DNA of 64,000 nt, taken from Malacoraja senta (Eukaryota). The notes under the pieces are model-generated. The model saw nothing but the letters and a program-made list of their open reading frames with translations, ran no database searches and was not told the origin of the DNA. This document shows, piece by piece, positions 10,830-23,207 of this stretch; position 1 is the stretch's first letter; the number at the start of each line of letters is the position of its first letter. The position numbers were made by a program, and so were the translations under genes. Location: NCBI GenBank assembly GCA_038087875.1, contig JAXLNO010001373.1:1-64000 (forward strand). The letters are read 5' to 3'.

Positions 10830-13800
10830 AAGTACTTAAGGTGGAGGTAGACAACCTTTTGAGGGATCGGGAGGATAAGACGTTTTAACACTGAGCGGCA
10901 GACTGGCTTGCGATGCGAATAGGGCTGTTGAGCCAAAACCAAAAAGGCCAAAGTCAGGCAACGCCATTGTCGTGGGAGACTCCATTGTGAGAGGTACAGA
11001 CAGGGGTTTCTGCAGCAACAGACAGGATTCGAGGATGGTGTGCTCCCTTCCTGGTGCCAGGATCCAGGATGTCACAGACAGAGTGCAGAAAATCCTCAAG
11101 GGCGAAGGTGAACAGCCGGAAGTGGTAGTGCATGTCGGCACAAACGATGTCGGAAAGAAGGGGATGAATATTCTGCAGCGTGACTTTAGAGAGCTCGGAA
11201 AAATGCTGAAAAGCAGGACCTCCAGGGTTGTTATCTCCGGTTTACTTCCAGTTCCTCGTGCTGGCGAGAGCAGGAACAGGGAGATACGGGACTTGAATGT
11301 GTGGCTGAGGAACTGGTGCATGGGGCAGGGATTTAGATTCTTAGATCACTGGGTTCTGTTTTGGAGTAAAAGGGAACTGTACAAAAGGGACGGATTGCAT
11401 CTTAACAGGTGGGGGACCAGCATTCTGGCAGGCAGGTTTGCCACTGCTACACGGGTGGTTTTAAACTGAATAAGGGGGGTGGGGTGTCGAATGGGATAGT
11501 TGAGGATGGAGTTAAAGGGAAAGGGTTTCTTAAATGTGTGAGCGTAGAGACAGAGGGGTGTAAAATGAGGGTAGAAGCAATAGGTAGCAAGGTGAAAAGT
11601 AAAAGTGGCAGGCAGACAAATCCAGGGCAAAAATCAAAAAGGGCCACTTTTCAACATCATTGTATAAGGGGTAAGAGTGTTGTAAAAACAAGCCTGAAGG
11701 CTTTGTGTCTCAATGCAAGGAGCATTCGTAATAAGGTGGATGAGTTGAATGTGCAGATAGCTATTAATGACTATGATATAGTTGGGATCACGGAGACATG
11801 GCTCCAGGGTAACCAAGGCTGGGAGCTGAACATCCAGGGATATTCAATATTCAGGAGGGATAGACAGAAAGGGAAAGGAGGTGGGGTAGCGTTGCTGGTT
11901 AGAGAGCAGATTAACGCAATAGAAAGGAAGGACATTAGCTTGGAGGATGTGGAATCGATATGGGTAGAGCTGCGAAACACTAAGGGGCAGAAAACGCTAG
12001 TGGGAGTTGTGTACAGGCCACCTAACAGTAGTAGTGGAGTTGGGGATAGCATCAAACAGGAAATTAGAAATGCGTGCATCAAAGGTAAAACAGTTATAAT
12101 GGGTGACTTCAATCCATATATAGATTAGGTGAATCAAATTGGCAAGGGTGCTGAGGAAGAGGATTTCTTGGAATGTATGCGGGATAGTTTTCTAAACCAA
12201 CATGTAGAGGAACCAACGAGAGAGCAGGCTATTCTAGATTGGGTATTGAGTAATGAGGAAGGGTTAGTTAGCAGTCTTGTTCGTGGCCCCTTGGGCAAGA
12301 GTGACCATAATATGGTTGAGTTCTTCATTAGGATGGAGAGTGACATTGTTAATTCAGAAACAAGGGTCCTGAACTTAAAGAAAGGTAACTTTGAGGGTAT
12401 GAGAAGCGAATTGGCCAAGATAGAGTGGCAATTTATTCTTAATGGGTTGACGGTAGATATGCAATGGAAGGCATTTAAAGACTGCATGGATGAACTACAA
12501 CAATTGTTCATCCCAGTTTGGCAAAAAAATAAATCAGGGAAGGTAGTGCATCCATGGATAACAAGGGAAATCAAGGAGTTTATCAAAACAAAAGATGAAG
12601 CGTACAAATTAGCCAGAAAAAGCAGCCTACCAGAGGACTGGGAGAAATTCAGAGTCCAGCAGAGGAGGACAAAGGGCTTAATTAGGAAAGGGAAAATAGA
12701 TTATGAAACTGGCAGGGAACATAAAAACTGACTGCAAAAGCTTTTATAGATATGTGAAGAGAAAAAGATTAGTTAAAACAAATGTAGGTCCCTTGCAGTC
12801 AGAAACAGGTGAATTGATCATGGGGAACAAGGACATGGCAGACCAATTGAATAACTACTTTGGTTCTGTCTTCACTAAGGAAGACATAAATAAGCTTCTG
12901 GAAATAGCAGGGGACCGGGGGTCAAATGAGATGGAGGAACTGAGTGAAATCCAGGTTAGCCTGGAAGTGGTGTTAGGTAAATTGAATGGATTAAAGGCCG
13001 ATAAATCCCCAGGGCCAGATAGGCTGCATCCCAGAGTACTTAAGGAAGTAGCCCCAGAAATAGTGGATGCATTAGTGATAACTCTTTAGATTCTGGAGTA
13101 GTTCCTGAGGATTGGAGGGTAGCTAATGTAACCCCACTTTTTAACAAGGGAGGGAGAGAGAAAACGGGGAATTACAGACCAGTTAGTCTAACATCGGTAG
13201 TGGGGAAACTGCTAGAATCAGTTATTAAAGATGGATTAGCAGCACATTTGGAAATCATTGGACAAAATCAGCATGGATTTATGAAAGGTAAATCATGTCT
13301 GACGAATCTTATAGAATTTTTTGAGGATGTAACTAGTAGAGTGGATAAGGGAGAACCAGTGGATGTGTTATATCTGGACTTTCAGAAGGCTTTCGACAAG
13401 GTCCCACATAAGAGATTAGTGTTCAAACTTAAAGCACACGGTATTGGGGGTTCAGTATTGATGTGGATAGAGAACTGGCTGGCAGACAGGAAGCAAAGAG
13501 TAAGAGTAAACGGGTCCTTTTCACAATGGCAGGCAGTGACTAGTGCGGTACCGCAAGGCTCAGTGCTGGGACCCCAGCTATTTACGATATATATTAATGA
13601 TTTGGACGAGGGAATTGAATGCAACATCTCCAAGTTTGCGGATGACACGAAGCTGGGGGCAGTGTTAGCTGTGAGGAGGATGCTCGGAGGCTGCAAGGTG
13701 ACTTGGATAGGCTGGGTGAGTGGGCAAATGCATGGCAGATGCAGTATAATGTGGATAAATGTGAGGTTATCCACTTTGGTGGCAAAAACAGGAAAGTAGA

Positions 13801-14573
13801 CTATTATCTGAATGGTGGCCGATTAGGAAAAGGGGAGATGCAACGAGACCTGGGTGTCATGGTTCACCAGTCATTAAAAGTAGGCATGCAGGTGCAGCAG
13901 GCAGTGAAGAAGGCGAATGGTATGTTAGCATTCATAGCAAAAGGATTTGAGTATAGGAGCAGGGAGGTTCTACTGCAGTTGTACAGGGTCTTGGTGAGAC
14001 CACACCTGGAGTATTGCGTACAGTTTTGGTCTCCTAATCTGAGGAAAGACATTCTTGCCATAGAGGGAGTACAGAGAAGGTTCACCAGACTGATTCCTGG
14101 GATGTCAGGACTTTCATATGAAGAAAGACTGGATAGACTCGGTTTGTACTCGCTAGAATTTAGAAGATTGAGGGGGGATCTTATAGAAACTTACAAAATT
14201 CTTAAGGGTTTGGACAGGCTAGATGCAGGAAGATTGTTCCCGATGTTGGGGAAGTCCAGAACAAGGGGTCACAGTTTAAGGATAAGGAGGAAATCTTTTG
14301 GGACCAAGATGGGGAAAACATTTTTCACACAGAGAGTGGTGAATCTCTGGAATTCTCTGCCACAGAAGGTAGTTGAGGCCAGTTCATTGGCTATATTTAA
14401 GAGGGAGTTAGATGTGGCCCTTGTGGCTAAAGGGATCAGGGGGCATAGAGAGAAAGCAGGTACAGGATACTGAGTTGGATGATCAGCCATGATCATATTG
14501 AATGGCGTGTGCAGGCTCGAAGGGCCGAATGGCCTACTCCTGCACCTATTTTCTATGTTTCTATGTTTCTATG
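10830..14573 (+). mobile_element. Near full-length CR1 LINE, frameshifted
   Basis: ORF1 SGNH/esterase-like (IVGDSIVRG...VVVHVGTND...DGLHL, 10972-11469). ORF2 APE (LNARSI...ITETW...MGDFN) and RT ([11 protein letters not shown]...FADDTK) in several frames. (TTCTATGT)n tail at 14551-14573. Confidence 0.92.
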
Positions 14574-15269
14574 ATAGAGGGCGATAGTGTAAAGGATGAG
14601 ATGAGTTCTGGGCAGATCAGCCTTGATCATATTGAATGGTGAGGGAAGCTTGAGGGGCCTGGTTAGGAATTACCTACTTCTCTTTGTTGAGGGATCAAAA
14701 AACAGTGAACCAAAATAAAAAATAATTGCAGAAGCATTAAAGGCATGACGAGGGGAAAAACATTAGCAGAGAGTGGGAGGGGTTGAAAACTAGCTGCTTG
14801 AGCGAAACAGGATGACGGATACTGAGAGATTTTTTTGAATGGAAAGCTCTGTGGATTGGTTCTCCCCAGACACTTGCTTCTGGTGAGCTTTAGAAATTAC
14901 TAGACTAAGTGGGACCCGTTGGGTCCCAGCATCACACGGGAGGGCTGGTCACCCAACGCAATATTCCACCTCTCCACCAATTCCAATATTGCTGGCCAAT
15001 GTGTGGGGGTGGGGCGGGGGCTTTCTGTTGCGCTAATATGGGTGTAGTGGGCCGAAGGGACTGGTTTCCAGAGGGCTAGTATGGACATTGTGGGCCGAAT
15101 GGATTCTTGGGCTGGCAGCTCAGTCACTGAGGCCAGGCAGCTCAGTCACTGAGGCCTGGCAGTACAGTCACTCGGACCTGGCAGGCTGGCAGCTGAGAAA
15201 CTGCCATAAATTCTGCCCAAAACAGGTGACAGACTCTATGAGAGAGAAGGGGGAGAAGGTGGACTGAAT

Positions 15270-15850
15270 GGATTATTGGGCTGGCAGTTCAATCACGTAC
15301 GGCTGGTGGGCTGGCAGTTCACTTACTCAGGGCTGGTGGGCTGGCAGTGCACTCACTCACGGCTGGTGGGCTGGCAGTTCAGTCACTTACAGCTGGTGGG
15401 CTGGCAGTTCACTTACTCAGGGCTGGTGGGCTGGCAGTGCAGTCACTCACGGTTGGTGGGCTGGCAGTTCACTCACTTACAGCTGGTGGGCTGGCAGTTC
15501 ACTTACTCAGGGCTGGTGGGCTGGCAGTGCAGTCACTCAAGGCTGGTGGGCTGGCACTTCAGTCACTTACAGCTGGTGGGCTGGCACATCAGTCACTTAC
15601 AGCTGGTGGGCTGGCAGTTCACTTAGGGCTGGTGGGCTGGCAGTGCAGTCACTCAAGGCTGGTGGGCTGGCACTTCAGTCACTTACAGCTGGTGGGCGGG
15701 CAGTTCACTTACTCAGGGCTGGTGGGCTGGCAGTGCAGTCACTCATGACTGGTGGGCTGGCACATCAGTCACTTACAGATGGTGGGCTGGCAGTTCACTT
15801 AGGGCTGGTGGGCTGGCAGTGCAGTCACTCATGGCTGGTGTGGCAGTTCA
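15270..15850. repeat. About 30-bp minisatellite containing GCTGGTGG
   Basis: GGCTGGTGGGCTGGCAGT(T/G)CA...CTCA(G/C) repeated about 18-19 times. Confidence 0.9.
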
Positions 15851-16169
15851 TTCAGTCACCCCTCCTCCCTTCACCCCCCCCCCCACTCTGCTCCTTGACA
15901 TTTCCCTCCCCCACCACGCATTCAGTCCATCTCCCCACAACCTCCCACAATGCACTCTTAGTGTCTCTCCCACAGAGCATCCTTTCCTGCCCATTAGGTT
16001 CCCATTGTGATGAAGACCACGCAGGCATGAAAAGTGGAAAAAGGATTTATTAAAGTTTAAAATGTGAATGACTCTTAAAATATAAGAACAATTTAAATGT
16101 TAAAGATGAGAATTATTAAGTTCTTTCTTGTTGTGTCTCTTGTTGCTGCTCACTGCGTCTTTATGTTCG

Positions 16170-19100
16170 TCAAGTTCAAGTGAGTTTATTGTCATGTGTC
16201 CCTGATAGGACAATGAAATTCTTGCTTTGCTTCAGGATAACAGAACATAGAAGGCATTGACTACAAAACAGATCAGTGTGTCCATATACCATTATATAAA
16301 TATATACACACATGAATAAATAAACTCATAAGGTGCAAATAACAGATAATGGGTTATTAATGTTCAGAGTTGTGTCCGAGCCAGGTTTAATAGCCTGATG
16401 GCTGTGGGGAAGTAACTATTCCTGAACCTGGTCGTTGCAGTCTTCAGGCTCCTGTACCTTCCACCTGAAGGTAGCGGGGAGATGAGTGTGTGGCCAGGAT
16501 GGTGTGGGTCTTTGATGATACTACCAGCCTTTTTGAGGCAGCGACTGCGATAAATCCCCTCGATGGAAGGAAGGTCAGAGCCGATGATGGACTGGGCAGT
16601 GTTTACTACTTTTTGTAGTCTTTTCCGCTCCAGGGCGCTCAAGTTGCCGAACCAAGCCATGATGCAACCGGTCAGCATGCTCTCTACTGTGCACCTGTAG
16701 AAGTTAGAGAGAGTCCTCCTTGACAAACCTACTCACCGTAATCTTCTCAGGAAGTAGAGGCGCTGATGTGCTTTCTTGATAATTGCATCAGTGTTCTCGG
16801 ACCAGGAAAGATCTTCAGAGATGTGCACGCCCAGGAATTTGAAGCTCTTGAACCTTTCAACCATCGACCTGTTGATATAAACGGGACTGTGGGTCCCCAT
16901 CCTACTCCTTCCAAAGTCCACAATCAGTTCCTTGGTTTTGCTGATGTTGAGGGCCAGGTTATTGTGCTGGCACCATTTGGACAGTTGCTCGATCTCTCTT
17001 CTATACTCTGACTCATCCCCTTCAGTGATACGTCCCACAACAGTGGTGTCGTCAGCGAACTTGATGATGGAGTTCGCACTATGACCAGCTACGCAGTCAT
17101 GAGTATAGAGTGAGTACAGCAGGGGGCTGAGCACGCATCCTTGAGGTGCTACCGTGCTGATTGTTATCGAGTCTGACACATTTCCACCAATACGAACAGA
17201 CTGTGGTCTGTGAATGAGGAAGTCGAGGATCCAATTGCAGAGGGATGCGCAGAGACCCAGTTCTGCGAGTTTGGTAACCAGCTTGGAGGGGATGATAGTA
17301 TTAAATGCCGAGCTGTAATCAATGAATAACAGCCTGACATATGAGTTTTTGTTGTCCAAGTGGTCCAGAGCGGAGTGGAGGGCCAGCGAGATCGCATCCA
17401 CAGTTAATCTGTTGTGGCGGTAGGCGAACTGCAGTGGGTCCAGGTTTTTGTCGAGGTAGGAGTTGATTTGCACCATGATCAACCTCTCAAAGCACTTCAT
17501 CACCACAGGCGTTAGTGCCACAGGTCGATAGTCATTGAGGCACATCACCTTACTCTTCTTGGGCACTGGTATAATTGATGCCCTTTTGAAGCAGGTGGGA
17601 ACCTCAGACCTCAGAAGTGAGATGTTGAAAATGTCCGTAAAAACTCCAGCCAGTTGGTCCGCACAGGTTTTTAGAACACGACCAGGTATACCATCAGGTC
17701 CAGGCGCTTTTCGAGGGTTCACCCCTCTGAAGGATTTCCTGACGTCGGCCTCTGTGACTGAGACTGAAATACCATCACAGCGAATGGCGGCTCGGGAAGG
17801 CGCTTTCTCCCTATCAAAGCGTGCGTAAATCGCATTGAGCTCATCAGGGAGTGTTGTTTCGCCGACATTCGAGCTGCCTCCTGATTTCGCCTTTTAGAAG
17901 GTGATTGCATTCAGGCCCCGCCACAGCTGCCGAACATCTGTCATCCTCCAGCTTGGAGCAGGTCCCTTTTGGCCTTTTTGATGGCCTTTCCAAGGTCGTA
18001 TATGGACTTCTTGTAGACCACTGTATCATCAGACATGAATGCAAGGTGTCTGGTCTTCAGAAGAGTGCGGATCTCAAAGTTCATCCAAGGTTTCTGATTG
18101 GGAAACACTCAGAAGGTTTTGGTGGGGATGCAGTCCTCCACACATTTCTTAATGAAGTCTGTACCGACTGTGGCGTATTCGTTCATGTCCGTTGCCGAGT
18201 CCTTGAACATTGCCCAGTCTACAGACTCCAAACAGTCCTGTAGTTGTTCCTCTGCCCCCCCCCCCCCGACCAGCTCTGTACTGTCCTCACCTCTGGGGGT
18301 GCGCTCTTTAATTGCTGCCTGTAGGCAGGAAGAAGCAGCACCGCGGTATGGTCGGATTTACCGAAGTGAGGGCGAGGGATAGAGCGATAGGCATTCTTGA
18401 TGGTGGTGTAGCAGTGGTCGAGGGTGTTTGGTCCTCTGGTGCAGCAGGAGACATGTTGGTGGAAGTTAGGGAGTGATTTCTTTAGGTTTGCCTTAATGAA
18501 GTCCCCAGCAATGGTGGTAAATGCCTCGGGGTAAGACGTCTGGTGTTTGTTGACCACGGTGTGCAGCTCCTCCTGTGCCAGACGGACGTCTGCCTGGGGT
18601 GGGATGTAGACCGCGGTCAGGATGATGGAGGTGAATTCCCTAGGAAGGTAGGAGGGACGGCACTTCACCGCCAGATGTTCGAGGTGTGGAGAGCAGGAGT
18701 TGGACAGGACTGACACTTCTGAGCACCACGCAGAGTTGACCATGAGGCAGATGCCCCATCCTCTCCCTTTCCCAGATGCCAGTGTACAGTCCATACGGTG
18801 GATGGAGAACCCTTCAGGCTGGACCGCTGAGTCTGGGGAGCTGGGGGTGAGCCATGTCTCTGTGAAACAGAACACGGAGCATTCCCTCAGCTCCGTTTGA
18901 TAAAGCAGTCTTGCCCTCAAGTCCTCCACTTTATTTTCAAGAGACTGTACATTAGCCAGTAGGATAGTAGGGAGAGGGGACCGAAGTCCCCTGCGCTTCA
19001 GTCTGACCTGAAGTCCTGCCTGGCTCTGGAGGTAATCCCGGGATTCCCAGGTACAGTACCTGTGATCCTCAGTCGGGTCGGGAGTTTTACAGCGAGCGTG

Positions 19101-19280
19101 GGGAAAATTTAAAGTCTAGGGCTCCCGCAGCTGTGGGAGATCGCGAAATTGCGAGAGCCTTGAGGTGCTCAAGCAGGTCATCTGAAACGGCACTGTTTTC
19201 TGTCTCTTTGCTGTTGATAAATAAAAGAGACAATTTAAATATAGAGAGATTGAGCGGTCAAATTTTAACAAAGAAAATCT
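16170..19280 (-). mobile_element. Rex1/Babar-like non-LTR retrotransposon, near full length and disrupted
   Basis: APE (CSVFCFTETW...DHCY...SDH, 18219-18929). RT ([10 protein letters not shown]...DYSSAFNTI...KFADDT, 16733-17722). C-terminal ORF 16364-16726. Short ACTTGA-type tail near 16170-16185. Confidence 0.88.
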
Positions 19281-19305
19281 GAGAATTTATCTCAGAAGTA
19301 ATCAT

Positions 19306-19770
19306 TCAACGAAGCACGCTTTTAATGACAACATTCTTGGTCGATGTTCCATCCTTCAGGAAAACGTTGACATTTCCCTTCATCTTTCCTTGGCTAAGAG
19401 ACACGTATAGTTTTCCATGCTGAAATACCGGTTTGTCGAGGAAGATCAACACCTTCTGCATTGTTTGTCCTTGTGATTTATGGATCGTCATAGCAAAACT
19501 TGATTGAATGGGGAATTGGGTCTGCTGAAGGGGAATGTCTTCACCTTCTGTTAAATTGAGTCCATACACTGCTCTCTGCTCAGCATTCAGCAGAGGCTCA
19601 TTCTCCTCAACAAATTGCTGTTGTTCGGTTCTATCGTATTGCTATTCCTGCAGCAATTCTGGATTGTCATCATCAAGGTGCATCCTTCCATTTCTTGGTT
19701 GTGGCAAATTGAAGAATTCCATTGTTTTGTTGTAATTCTCAAACCTCTGGACTCGCTGAAGAATTTGTGC
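19306..19770 (-). pseudogene. Helitron RepHel PIF1-helicase remnant, internally deleted
   Basis: QFPIQSSFAMTIHKSQGQT...PVFQHGKLYVSLS...TKNVV is the canonical RepHel helicase C-terminus. Directly upstream is LLNAEQRAVY, the helicase N-terminal start motif. Confidence 0.85.
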
Positions 19771-20284
19771 AAAACATTTTTTGAGGCGGGGGCTGTCGGG
19801 GTGGAGTGGGGGTTAGCAAACGTCCTGCAGCGAAGGGAGGGGGACGGGATTAGGCGAGGGCTCTAGTGGGCTGATGAGGGAGGGGGGTGTCCTGCAGCGG
19901 GGATGGGGGCGGCTTCAGGAGGGGAAGCATCCTATAGCCAGGCGGAGGGCAGCATCTGGAGGTGGGGTGGCGGGGGGCGGTGAGCAACCTACTCATGGCC
20001 TCTGGACTCACTCCCTGCCTTGGGACTAACTCATGGTCTCTGGACTGACTGACATTCACTCATGGCCTCTGGACTGACAGACTGAATCACGGCTTGTGGA
20101 ATGACTGACCTAAGCCCGACTTCTGGAGTCACGTCCGACTTTTGTAAACTGAAAACTGTAACATCCACATTGAGGAACAGCTTCTTCCTGACAGCCATCA
20201 GGCTATTAAACATAACGAATAAGCTCTGAACTACAAAAGACTATATTATTTGTACTATTTGTTATTTGTTGATCATACACCCTC

Positions 20285-20528
20285 NNNNNNNNNNNNNNNN
20301 NNNNNNNNNNNNNNNNNNNNNNNNNNNNNNNNNNNNNNNNNNNNNNNNNNNNNNNNNNNNNNNNNNNNNNNNNNNNNNNNNNNNNNNNNNNNNNNNNNNN
20401 NNNNNNNNNNNNNNNNNNNNNNNNNNNNNNNNNNNNNNNNNNNNNNNNNNNNNNNNNNNNNNNNNNNNNNNNNNNNNNNNNNNNNNNNNNNNNNNNNNNN
20501 NNNNNNNNNNNNNNNNNNNNNNNNNNNN
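20285..20528. other. Assembly gap (N)
   Basis: Run of N. Confidence 1.
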
Positions 20529-21050
20529 TGACTCTCAGACACACACACACAGATTTTCAGACACATACAGACTCAGACACANNNNNNNNNNNNNNNNNNN
20601 NNNNNNNNNNNNNNNNNNNNNNNNNNNNNNNNNNNNNNNNNNNNNNNNNNNNNNNNNNNNNNNNNNNNNNNNNNNNNNNNNNNNNNNNNNNNNNNNNNNN
20701 NNNNNNNNNNNNNNNNNNNNNNNNNNNNNNNNNNNNNNNNNNNNNNNNNNNNNNNNNNNNNNNNNNNNNNNNNNNNNNNNNNNNNNNNNNNNNNNNNNNN
20801 NNNNNNNNNNNNNNNNNNNNNNNNNNNNNNNNNNACACACAGACTCGCGCACACAGACTCACTCACAGATACAAACACACACAGACTCGCACACACAGAC
20901 TCACAGAGACTCACACACACACAGACACACGCACACAGACTCATACACACACACGCATATACACACACACAGACTCACACTTACACAGACTTTCAGACAC
21001 ACACACACACACTCAGACACACACACACAGACTCTCACACACACACATAT
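20529..21050. repeat. Degenerate (CA)n/ACAGACTC microsatellite, includes N-gap 20582-20834
   Basis: CA-rich simple repeat; resumes at 22320-22800 around gap 22381-22768. Confidence 0.85.
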
Positions 21051-21051
21051 C

Positions 21052-22319
21052 GGGAGGTTGCACAGCACTCGGGTCACGACCCGTGACCCATACTGTTGCT
21101 ACACTACGCCAACTGGAGTACACGCGATGAACCGCAGGTAAGCACTGACCATTGTTTCCAGCATAGCGGGCCCGTTAAAACCCGCCGAAATGGTCAATTT
21201 TTGCGCTGTAAATACGTAATTATGGAAATCGGGTTAAGCGTGAGAGACATTTATCCTACTTCAGAATTCCAAAAGTGAGGAGAAATGATGGTAGATAGAA
21301 GCGAGAGCTGAAGGGACAACAACAGCCAGAGTGATTGGTGGACATTGGCCGTGCAGATATCAAGATTGGAAATATTGGGAATTATCACGTTTGCTCACTG
21401 CATTTCATCAACAGTAAGGCATTATTTGTGTTTTTTCTTAATTCCTTTGGCATTTAAAAAGTTTCAGAAGTGATAAATCTGGCTGTAAAATTTTAAAATC
21501 GCCCATGGTTCTCAAGTGGGTATTTACATACAAACAAAAACGCCTCTGAAGCAAACTTTATCATTAAAATAAATCGCAAACCATACGTGGGTTTTGAATT
21601 ACATTTTACTCAGATGCAAGCCAAGGAATGGCATAATTGTTAGATGTTAATTGGACATAATCAACCTCAGCAAATTGACAATATCCTATTGAAAGGGAGT
21701 GGGTGTTTAAGCTGTCAGGACATTTTATTATTTGCCAAAATATACATCTCAATAGCATAATGAGAGAAAACTTACTTTTCCAAACACCACTCGTAAGTCT
21801 GGAGATTTTTTAATGATACATTTTACTTCTAAAACGTTTTTTTTTTGCATGTAAAAACCCACTTCAGAACCATGGCCGATTTAAAAAATTTACAGCCAGA
21901 TTTACCACTTCTGAAACTTTTTAGATACCAATCAAGAAAAAAACACAAATAATGCCTTACTGTTGATGAAATGCAGTGAGCAAACGCGATAATTCCCAAT
22001 ATTTTCAATCTCGATATCTGCACGGCCAATGTTCGCCAAGCACTTTAGCTGTTGTTGTCCCTTCAGCTCTCGCTTCTCTTTACCTTCATTTCTCTTCACT
22101 TTTGGAATTCTGAAGTAGGATAGATGTCTCTCACGGTTACCCTGACTTCCACAATTATTTACAGCGCAAAAATTCTCCATTTTGGCGGTTTTTAACAGGT
22201 AGGAAAGTACGCATTTCGTGTATTAACAACATATAACGGAAGCTGCGATGTCCTCCAGATGGATGGAGCGGCTCTGTGCGCCAAGCCCTTTGACCCGGTG
22301 ACCTTACGTGCAACCCCCC
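21052..22319. mobile_element. Non-autonomous DNA transposon with two inverted THAP-domain arms
   Basis: Terminal GGG(A/G)GGTTGCAC inverted motif. Internal arms about 21174-21545 (+) and 21830-22197 (-) each encode a decayed THAP finger (MxNFCAVN.C...SYFRIP...VCSLHF) ending in the donor A|GTAAG. Confidence 0.75.
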
Positions 22320-22380
22320 TATGCACACACACAGACTCTCAGACACACGCTCTCACATACACTCACACACACACAGACTC

Positions 22381-22768
22381 NNNNNNNNNNNNNNNNNNNN
22401 NNNNNNNNNNNNNNNNNNNNNNNNNNNNNNNNNNNNNNNNNNNNNNNNNNNNNNNNNNNNNNNNNNNNNNNNNNNNNNNNNNNNNNNNNNNNNNNNNNNN
22501 NNNNNNNNNNNNNNNNNNNNNNNNNNNNNNNNNNNNNNNNNNNNNNNNNNNNNNNNNNNNNNNNNNNNNNNNNNNNNNNNNNNNNNNNNNNNNNNNNNNN
22601 NNNNNNNNNNNNNNNNNNNNNNNNNNNNNNNNNNNNNNNNNNNNNNNNNNNNNNNNNNNNNNNNNNNNNNNNNNNNNNNNNNNNNNNNNNNNNNNNNNNN
22701 NNNNNNNNNNNNNNNNNNNNNNNNNNNNNNNNNNNNNNNNNNNNNNNNNNNNNNNNNNNNNNNNNNNN
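22381..22768. other. Assembly gap (N)
   Basis: Run of N. Confidence 1.
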
Positions 22769-23207
22769 CACTTACTCACACACACACACACACTCACTCA
22801 CAGACAACCAATACTAAAATGCCAAGTCACTTCAGAACGTGGTAAACATACAGTGTGTAAACCGAATGATTCAAACGTTGAAAGCATCCCGTAGAGGCTG
22901 CTGCTGAAACAAAAACGTGCTTTAAATAACGTCCAACAAACACACTCACCATAGACAGAGCAGTAAGCTCTCTTCAATTATTCAACGGCGTCTTCTGCAT
23001 TCAGCCCCATCTTGACGTGACCCTCTCGTTTCTTGCCACGAACCGGAAATGACGCACTCAGCGCCAGCTTGCCGCTAACCGGAAATGAAGTCATCAGCGC
23101 CATCTTGCCACTAAGCGGAAGTCACGGAATGAACGCCAATTTTGCAGTTAAACACAGTCCTGATCTAATAAAAAATTTATTCACACTTTATCCATCCTAA
23201 AACTGTT

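Noticed and set aside
10836-14085. Antisense ORFs over the CR1 (also over the Rex1 and L1 copies)
   Set aside because: Shadow frames of TE coding sequence.
15268-16053. Trp/Gly-rich repeat ORFs
   Set aside because: By-products of the 30-bp minisatellite.
20206-22894. ORFs containing X runs and HT/CV repeats
   Set aside because: Artefacts of N-gaps and (CA)n repeats.
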